In this document: positions 46,754-53,216 of the stretch, one piece after another
How the letters are laid out: every line of letters begins with the position of its first letter
Numbering within the stretch: the first letter of the stretch is position 1
DNA from: Candidatus Eiseniibacteriota bacterium
GTDB lineage: Bacteria; Eisenbacteria; RBG-16-71-46
Direction of reading: 5' to 3'
NCBI GenBank assembly: GCA_044222065.1
Contig: JBGAOA010000026.1
Coordinates: 1 to 53,216 of the forward strand
Length of the DNA: 53,216 nt
Translations under genes and position numbers: made by a program
The notes under the pieces: model-generated
Databases searched by the model: none
Told to the model about the DNA's origin: nothing
What the model saw: only the letters and a program-made list of their open reading frames with translations

Positions 46754-49018
46754 TCAGCGCACGAGGCAGAGACGCGCGTGCGCCTCGAAGTCGTCGCCGC
46801 GCACGCGTGCGAAATAGAGCCCGGCCGGCAGCGTCCCGGTGTCGTCGAGTCGCACGACGTGCTCGCCCGGGCCGAGCCCTGAGAGATCGTGACTCGTCAC
46901 GCGCCGTCCCGCGAGGTCGAGCACCTCGAGTCTCGCCGCGGCGTGTTCGGGCACCGTCAGGCGAAGCACGAGGCGGCCGACGACCGGGTTCGTCTCGGCC
47001 CGCACGCTCGCGCGCGCCGGCCTCATGGGATGCGACGCCACGTCGACCAGCGACGGGAACGCCAGCGCCCAGGCCCGCGCGTACAGGGGAGTGCAGAACG
47101 AACACGCCGTGCTTCCGACCTGGACCATTCGATCGCCGTAGCGATCGTAGGTCGCGAATCCGACCACATAACCGTTGTCCATGGGCGAAGGAGGAACGAT
47201 CACGGGGGCCCAGATCGGCGAACCGAGCAGGTCGGCCTCCAGAACGCCGCAGCCGCCGCTGTGCGGGACGCCGACGTAGCCGTAGCGGATCACGCGATGA
47301 CGCGCCGGGTCGTAGATCGCCGAGATGCTCCTCGACTGAAGGAGCCCGCTCGTCTGGGTGACCGCGCGCAGGGATTGCCAGCCCGTTCCGGGGCTCCCGA
47401 GCGACAACGCCCACAGGCTGTCCGACTGCCCGGCGTTGGGGTCGAGGGCGTCGAGAAGGACGAAGCGGTCGTTCGCGGCGTCGTAGACCCCCGGCCGCGT
47501 CGCGGCCGGCATGGGCGGCGTCGGCCCCGGCGTCGAGATCTGTGTCCAGACGGGCGGCCCGTCGAACGGCAGCGCCCACGTGTCCGTGAGCACGCTACCG
47601 AGAGCGCCGATTCCGCCGTGCACGATCATGCGCCGGCGAATCGGATCGGTGATCGTCGACGCGTATCCGCGACCGGGAAGCTGCAGTCCCGCGAGGTCGA
47701 GCGGCGTGTAGTGCGGATCGCCGGTGAACGACAGCTCCCAGAGCTCGTTGCTGCCTCCGGATCCTCCGAACAGCAGCATGCGATCGGCGAGCGAGTCGTA
47801 CGCGACGGAGCGACCGATCTGATACGGCACGGCGCCCGCGGTGTAAATCCGCTCCCACGCGCCCTCGGGGTCGAGATCGAGCGCCCACGGATTCGCGGGA
47901 TCCATGACGACGATGCGGTGCCGTCGCGTGTCGAGGACCCCGGCGACCGAACCGATCCACGGCGGGCCCGCCCCCGCGATCGGGAGTCCGATCCAGCGCT
48001 CCGCCCCCGCAACGGTCGACAGCCCCACGGCATCGTCCAGGTACCCGTTCGCGGCGTTCTTTCCGCCGTAGGCGACGAACCGCTGCCGCGAAGGATCGTA
48101 CGCGGCGCCGGCGAACGTGCGTCCGGGCGGCGAAACCGTCGGCGGCGCAATCGAACTCCACGCGGGCGACGCGCCGAGCGACAGAGCGGCGACGTCGGTC
48201 GGGAACCCGGGCGTGCCGCCGTAGAGGAGCAGGCGATCGTTCACCGAGTCGTACGCACCGGCGATCTGCCGGCGGGCGGTCGGAAGCGTCCCGCCCGGAG
48301 CAAGCGCGGACCACTGCGGCGTTCCGGACAGCGCGAGTACGTGGGCGTCGTTCTTCGGCGTGGATCCGACCTGGCCGCCGTAGATCACGAGGCGGTCGCC
48401 CGAAGGATCGTAGATGCCGAGCGAAAGCTGCCGCACGGTCGGCGGGGTGCCGAGCGTCGTGAGCATCGTCCACGTCGGCGTGCCCGAGAGCGTGTGTTCC
48501 CACACCTCGTTGTGCAGCGTCGTGCCATCGCTGCCGCCGAACACGAGGACCCGATCGCGAATCGGATCGTACGCGACGGTCGCGTTCACGAGGGCCGGGC
48601 CCGCCCCGAAGGAGGGCACGAGCGACCACGCGGGATTCGACCCGAGTGACAGCGCCCACACCTCGCTCACCGGCAGAAAATTATCGTCGTAGCGGAAGAA
48701 GAACAGAATCCGGTGACGCACGGGATCGAGGATGGCCGACTGGGGTATCACGACGGGTGCGCTGCCCGCGGGTGTGTACGAGTGCCAGCGCATGGGCTTC
48801 GTCGCATCGAGCGTGTAGAGCTTCGAATCGTCGGCGATCGTTCCGCCGCCGAACACCACGTACTGGTCGCCGGAGGCGTCGTAGGCGAAGAACTCGCCGA
48901 AGCGCGCCGGCGGTATCACTCCGGGGGCGATCTCGGACCACGAGGCCTCGGAAGCGGGTGACGGGCGAACGCACAACGAGGACACCACGAGAACGGCGAG
49001 CGCGAGGCGCAGTCGCAT
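46754..49018 (-). CDS. Secreted kelch-repeat beta-propeller protein with T9SS/FlgD-like C-terminal domain
   Basis: Signal peptide MRLRLALAVLVVSSLC; repeats YD...DR.L.FGG...W.L.L...P.W; C-terminus NPV...LEVLDLAGRRV...LPAGLYFARV. Confidence 0.82.
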   Translation of the reverse strand: MRLRLALAVLVVSSLCVRPSPASEASWSEIAPGVIPPARFGEFFAYDASGDQYVVFGGGTIADDSKLYTLDATKPMRWHSYTPAGSAPVVIPQSAILDPVRHRILFFFRYDDNFLPVSEVWALSLGSNPAWSLVPSFGAGPALVNATVAYDPIRDRVLVFGGSDGTTLHNEVWEHTLSGTPTWTMLTTLGTPPTVRQLSLGIYDPSGDRLVIYGGQVGSTPKNDAHVLALSGTPQWSALAPGGTLPTARRQIAGAYDSVNDRLLLYGGTPGFPTDVAALSLGASPAWSSIAPPTVSPPGRTFAGAAYDPSRQRFVAYGGKNAANGYLDDAVGLSTVAGAERWIGLPIAGAGPPWIGSVAGVLDTRRHRIVVMDPANPWALDLDPEGAWERIYTAGAVPYQIGRSVAYDSLADRMLLFGGSGGSNELWELSFTGDPHYTPLDLAGLQLPGRGYASTITDPIRRRMIVHGGIGALGSVLTDTWALPFDGPPVWTQISTPGPTPPMPAATRPGVYDAANDRFVLLDALDPNAGQSDSLWALSLGSPGTGWQSLRAVTQTSGLLQSRSISAIYDPARHRVIRYGYVGVPHSGGCGVLEADLLGSPIWAPVIVPPSPMDNGYVVGFATYDRYGDRMVQVGSTACSFCTPLYARAWALAFPSLVDVASHPMRPARASVRAETNPVVGRLVLRLTVPEHAAARLEVLDLAGRRVTSHDLSGLGPGEHVVRLDDTGTLPAGLYFARVRGDDFEAHARLCLVR

Positions 49019-49316
49019 GCGGCCACCTTTCCGGTCCGCGTGGGGGGCGTCGGACCGCACCGAGGGAGTTGGAATCGGGGCGAGCCTCGCGCGAGATTCT
49101 ACTCTGCTGCCGGGAGCCACGGACAAGCACCGTCTCCGCCGTCGGCGGCCGGTCCGCTCCCGGTAGAGGGCGCGTGGCGCCGCCGTCGCGGAAGACACCG
49201 GCGTGATGAGATGCTGCGTGCGAACGAACGTCCGCGCGGCGGGCGTGGACACCCCGCGGCGGCCGATCCGGAAGACGCGCGAGACGGAGCACGACCGAGC
49301 GGAGGAACGGAGTCGC

Positions 49317-50117
49317 ATGCCATCGAGTTTGCGGTTGGAGGCGGTCTCGGAAGCGGCGGACGTCGCCGCCCGCGTGGCGCTCGGCCATTTCCGCGGCGCG
49401 CTCGCGGTCGACACGAAGGCGGACGGGAGCCCCGTGACGATCGCGGACCGCGCGGCGGAAACCGCGGCCCGCGAATGGCTCGAACGCCGCTTCCCCGGCG
49501 ACGGCGTGCTCGGGGAGGAACACGGCGCGTCCCGACCCGGCGGACGGCGGACGTGGATCGTGGATCCGATCGACGGCACGCTGTCGTTCGTGCGTGGCGT
49601 GCCGCTCTGGGCCACGCTCGTCGCACTCGTGGAAGACGGCGAGGCGGTCGCGGGCGCGCTCGCCTTCCCGGCGCTCGGCGAGTCGCTCGTCGCGGCGCGC
49701 GGCGAGGGCTGCTTCTGGAACGGCGCGCGCACGCGTGTCTCGGACGTCGCGCGCCTTGCGGACGCGGCCGTGACGATCACGGATCCGCGCACGTTCGAAC
49801 GCGCGCCGGACGGCGCCGCGCGCGCACGCGCGTGGGAGGCGCTCGCGCGCGAGGCGCGCCTCGCGCGCACGTGGGGCGATGCGTACGGCTACCTGCTCGT
49901 CGCCACGGGCCGCGCGGAAGCGATGGCGGATGCGCTCGCGCGCGAGTGGGACCTCGCGGCCCCGTCGGTCGCGATCGCTGAATCCGGCGGCGTGTTCAGC
50001 GACTGGGAGGGCCGCCCCGGATTCGCGGGCGGCAGCGGACTCGCGACGAACGCAGCGCTCGCGCGCGAGGTGCGCGCGCGCCTCGGCGTGCCGTCCACGG
50101 GCGGCGCCGGCGCCTGA
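49317..50117 (+). CDS. hisN: Inositol-monophosphatase-family histidinol-phosphate phosphatase
   Basis: KADGSPVTIADRAAE, GEE, WIVDPIDGT, WATLVAL, TWGDAYGY, WDLAA; ATG 49317 with GGAG RBS. Confidence 0.8.
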   Translation: MPSSLRLEAVSEAADVAARVALGHFRGALAVDTKADGSPVTIADRAAETAAREWLERRFPGDGVLGEEHGASRPGGRRTWIVDPIDGTLSFVRGVPLWATLVALVEDGEAVAGALAFPALGESLVAARGEGCFWNGARTRVSDVARLADAAVTITDPRTFERAPDGAARARAWEALAREARLARTWGDAYGYLLVATGRAEAMADALAREWDLAAPSVAIAESGGVFSDWEGRPGFAGGSGLATNAALAREVRARLGVPSTGGAGA

Positions 50118-50141
50118 GTGCGCCGCGACGCACGCACCGCC

Positions 50142-51500
50142 TCAGCCGCCGCGGCGCTTCCCGGCGATCAGCCGCTCCCACTCGCGCATGCGCTTCGCGA
50201 CCTCGGCCTCCTCGCCGGACTCGGTCGGTTCGTAGAAGCGCTTGCCCGCGAGTTCGTCCGGCAGGTGCGCCTGGTCGGCGATGCCGCCGGCTTCGTCGTG
50301 CGCGTAGCGGTAGCCCGACCCGTAGCCGAGGTCCTTCATGAGCTGCGTCGGGGCGTTCCGGATCACGAGCGGCGGCGGCAGCGAACCGCTCTCCTCGACC
50401 TCCGCGCGCGCTTTCCCGAAGCCGACGTACACGGCGTTGCTCTTCGGCGCCGTCGCGAGGTACACGCAGGCCTGCGCGATCGCGAGTTCGCCCTCGGGAC
50501 TGCCGAGCTGGTGGTAGGCCTGGAACGCGGCGACCGCGAGCGGCAGCGCGCGCGGGTCGGCGTTGCCGACGTCCTCGCTCGCGAAGCGCACGAGCCGGCG
50601 CGCGACGTAGAGCGGGTCCTCGCCCGCCGCGAGCATGCGCGCGAGCCAGTAAAGCCCGGCATGCGGGTCGGAGTCGCGCAGCGACTTGTGCAGCGCCGAG
50701 ATCAGGTTGAAGTGCTCTTCGCCCGCGCGGTCGTAGCGCAGGTGCCGCTGCGCGAGCGCGTGGCGCACGTCGTCCGCGCCGATCGCCGCGGCCGCGCCGC
50801 CGCGCGCGCGGGACTCGGCGGCGGCCGCGGCGATCTCGAGCGCGTTGAGCGCCCGGCGCGCGTCACCGTCCGCCGCGACCGACAGCAGCTCGAGCGCATC
50901 GGCGCTCGCCGCGATGCGGCCGCCGTAGCCGCGTTCGGCGTCGGCGAGCGCGCGCTCGAGCAGCGCCCTCACGTCGGCCGGCGCGAGTTCCTTCAGTACG
51001 AGCACGCGCGCGCGCGACAGCAGCGCCGAGTTCACCTCGAACGACGGGTTCTCGGTCGTCGCGCCGATCAGCACGATGTCCCCGCTCTCGACGTGCGCGA
51101 GGAACGCGTCCTGCTGCGCCTTGTTGAAGCGGTGGATCTCGTCCACGAACAGGATCGTCGGGCGGCCCGTGCGGCGGCGCTCGAGCCGCGCGCGCTCCAT
51201 CGTCTCCTTCACTTCCTTGATGCCCGAGAGCACGGCGCTGAACGCGACGAACGTGCACTTCGCGGTGCGCGCGACGAGCCGCGCGATCGTCGTCTTGCCC
51301 GTGCCGGGCGGCCCCCACAGCACGACCGACGACAGGTGCGCGCCGTCCTTGAGCAGCGCGAGCGGCGAGCCGGGCTCGAACAGGTGCCGCTGCCCGACGA
51401 GTTCGTCGAACGTGCGCGGCCGCAGGCGGTCGGCGAGCGGCGCGTTCGCGGCCGGCTCCGGGAACGGAGCGGGCGAGTCGCCGAACAGATCGCCGCTCAC
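50142..51500 (-). CDS. rarA: Replication-associated recombination protein A (RarA/MgsA)
   Basis: [66 protein letters not shown]. Confidence 0.96.
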   Translation of the reverse strand: MSGDLFGDSPAPFPEPAANAPLADRLRPRTFDELVGQRHLFEPGSPLALLKDGAHLSSVVLWGPPGTGKTTIARLVARTAKCTFVAFSAVLSGIKEVKETMERARLERRRTGRPTILFVDEIHRFNKAQQDAFLAHVESGDIVLIGATTENPSFEVNSALLSRARVLVLKELAPADVRALLERALADAERGYGGRIAASADALELLSVAADGDARRALNALEIAAAAAESRARGGAAAAIGADDVRHALAQRHLRYDRAGEEHFNLISALHKSLRDSDPHAGLYWLARMLAAGEDPLYVARRLVRFASEDVGNADPRALPLAVAAFQAYHQLGSPEGELAIAQACVYLATAPKSNAVYVGFGKARAEVEESGSLPPPLVIRNAPTQLMKDLGYGSGYRYAHDEAGGIADQAHLPDELAGKRFYEPTESGEEAEVAKRMREWERLIAGKRRGG

Positions 51501-52408
51501 GTCCCGCTCCGGCCGGCGGCCGCCGCGGCCGCCTCGCGCGCGCGCCGCGCCTCGCCCCACTCGACGATCGCGCGCGCCGCCTCTTCGACCGTGAGCGGAT
51601 GGCCGAGCGGCACGCCCGCGGCCTCGAGCGTCGCGATCAGCTCGCTCAGCACGGGCGGCTCGATGTTGCTCCGCCGCAGCAGTTCCACGTTCGCGAAGAT
51701 GTCGCGCGGGCTGCCGTGCCCGACGATCTCGCCGCCGCGCAGCAGCACGTACACGACGTCCGCCATCATCGGCACGAGGTTCACGTCGTGCGTCGCCATG
51801 ACGAGCGTGACGCCGTGCTCGCGGTGGAGACGGTTCAGCAGCTCGACCAGGTCGCTGCGCGAGGCGGGATCGAGCCCTTCGAACGGCTCGTCGAGCACGA
51901 GCAGCTCGGGGTTCAGCACGAGCGCGCCCGCGAGCGCGACCTTGCGCTTCTCGCCACCCGACAGGTGGTGGCAGACCTTGTGGCGCAGGTGGCCGATGCC
52001 GACCTTGTCGAGCGCCGCGTTCACGCGCGCTTCGACCTCGGCCTCGGCGTAGCCGTAGCTGCGCGGCGAGAACGACACGTCGTCCCACACGGTCGGCGCG
52101 ATGATCTGCTCGTCCACGTTCTGCAACAGCACGCCGACGCGCTCGCGGATGCGGTCGAACGCCCGCGCGGGATTGACGCCGAACACCGAGACCTCGCCCT
52201 CCTGCGGCTCGAGCAGCCCGAGGATGTGGAACAGCAGCGTGCTCTTGCCGCAGCCGTTGGGCCCGAGGATCACGACGCGCTGCGCGCGCTGCACGACGAA
52301 GTCGAGGCCGCACAGGTGGACGATCGTGCGGTCCGGGTACGTGTGCCGCACGCACGACACGCGGACGACGGGCTCGGCGGCCGCGGCGGCGGGGCGCGGC
52401 GCGCTCAT
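51497..52408 (-). CDS. cbiO: ECF transporter ATPase (CbiO/NikO-like)
   Basis: [45 protein letters not shown]. Confidence 0.88.
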   Translation of the reverse strand: MSAPRPAAAAAEPVVRVSCVRHTYPDRTIVHLCGLDFVVQRAQRVVILGPNGCGKSTLLFHILGLLEPQEGEVSVFGVNPARAFDRIRERVGVLLQNVDEQIIAPTVWDDVSFSPRSYGYAEAEVEARVNAALDKVGIGHLRHKVCHHLSGGEKRKVALAGALVLNPELLVLDEPFEGLDPASRSDLVELLNRLHREHGVTLVMATHDVNLVPMMADVVYVLLRGGEIVGHGSPRDIFANVELLRRSNIEPPVLSELIATLEAAGVPLGHPLTVEEAARAIVEWGEARRAREAAAAAAGRSGT

Positions 52409-53124
52409 CGCGGGCTCCAGAGCGCGGCCGCGAGCGCGGCGAGTGCGGCGGCCGCGAGCGCGGCCCACGCGTCGGCGGCCGTCCACTCGGCCCAGTGGCG
52501 GCAGCCGCACACGCGGCCCGAATGGCCGCGCAGCAGCATGACCGCGTGCAGCCGCTGGCCGCGCTCGAATCCGTACAGCACGAGCGTGCCGAGCCCCTCG
52601 CCCGCCGCGGCGAGCCGTCGCGCCGGCGGCACGCGTTCGGCGCCGCGCAGGCGCAACGATCGGAACAGGCGTTCGGCGCGCGCGAGCAGTTCGAACAGCG
52701 CGCGGTACGTCACGAACAGGCCGTCCGCGACCGCGCGCGGCAGCAGGCGCGAGATCGGCGCGAACAGGTCCGGGTAGGGCGTCGTCGCGACGAGCCACAC
52801 CGCCGTGAGCGCCGCCGTGAGCGGGCGCAGGACGAGCTGCGCCGGCGTGACCCACGTGCCGTCCCAGCGGGCGATCACGAACAGCAGCGCGAACAGGATC
52901 GGCGTGCTCGCGGCCGCGACGAGCAGTCGCAGCGGCACGCGGGCGGTCAGCGCGAGCGCCCACGCGAACAGGTAGAGCGCGACCTGCAGCCGCACGCCCG
53001 GGGCCGCAATCGCGAGTGCGACGAGTGCCGCGGCGAGCAGCAGCTTCGCGAGCGCGCTCGCGGCGTGCCACGGACTGCGGTCGCCGTTCGCGTGCAGGTC
53101 GATCTGCGCGAGCGCGTTGATCAT
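52405..53124 (-). CDS. cbiQ: ECF transporter transmembrane T component (CbiQ-like)
   Basis: SPWH.....AKL, ATTP, TYRALF, LRLRG and MLLRG coupling motifs. Confidence 0.82.
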   Translation of the reverse strand: MINALAQIDLHANGDRSPWHAASALAKLLLAAALVALAIAAPGVRLQVALYLFAWALALTARVPLRLLVAAASTPILFALLFVIARWDGTWVTPAQLVLRPLTAALTAVWLVATTPYPDLFAPISRLLPRAVADGLFVTYRALFELLARAERLFRSLRLRGAERVPPARRLAAAGEGLGTLVLYGFERGQRLHAVMLLRGHSGRVCGCRHWAEWTAADAWAALAAAALAALAAALWSPR

Positions 53125-53216
53125 CGCGGCGCCCCGTCCGCGCCGGGCAGCAGGTCGGGCCGCACGCGCGCGAGGAAACGGCCGAGTCCGTAGCCGACGA
53201 GCGACTCGGCGAACAC
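53121..53216 (-). CDS. C-terminal fragment of a probable ECF S component (CbiM/NikM-like), truncated by window edge
   Basis: [40 protein letters not shown] ending typical of CbiM; ATGA overlap with cbiQ. Confidence 0.55.
   Translation of the reverse strand: MFAESLVGYGLGRFLARVRPDLLPGADGAPR

Noticed and set aside
49011..49320. Identical 10-mer AGTCGCATGC at the starts of both divergent genes, 300 bp apart
   Set aside because: Short, partly constrained by start codons, and with no further flanking similarity.

Overview
A very GC-rich, gene-dense bacterial chromosomal segment with about 52 CDS. I found no rRNA, tRNA, CRISPR array, integrase or transposase. Two large secreted beta-propeller proteins with FlgD-Ig/T9SS-like C-terminal domains and the general gene style suggest an FCB-affiliated lineage such as Ca. 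Eisenbacteria (inference only). Left to right: TPR protein, TonB-dependent receptor and LytTR regulator; a TPAT (TatT-type TRAP) transporter divergent from a GlpT-like MFS; a secreted propeller; thyX-fdhD; LOG, a kynureninase-like enzyme and a membrane protein; a Rieske ferredoxin; a 4-hydroxybenzoyl-CoA-reductase-like molybdoenzyme (hcrCAB order) with xdhC and mocA; an FAD oxidoreductase; fba-fbp; arsC; an ECF sigma, anti-sigma and dual-PDZ protein; a DUF6504-dinB-DUF72 cassette whose promoter spacer holds a Fibrobacter-type LexA-box-like palindrome; nhaR and terC; a long mrp-iscS-pdxS-pdxT-nrnA-ccmABCDEF operon (CxxxY-type CcmE, plus a 35-aa ccmD missing from the ORF track); a Cys-rich radical SAM enzyme, an active-site-remodelled metallophosphoesterase and a methyltransferase; a kelch protein; hisN; rarA; and a Co/Ni ECF transporter. 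Frameshifts in ccmA, the PDZ gene and probably xdhC look like assembly indels. The best leads for undescribed biology are the radical SAM/atypical phosphoesterase pair, the SOS-like dinB cassette, the orphan HBCR-like molybdoenzyme and a possible ATC start for terC. All calls come from motif recognition by eye; no searches were run.
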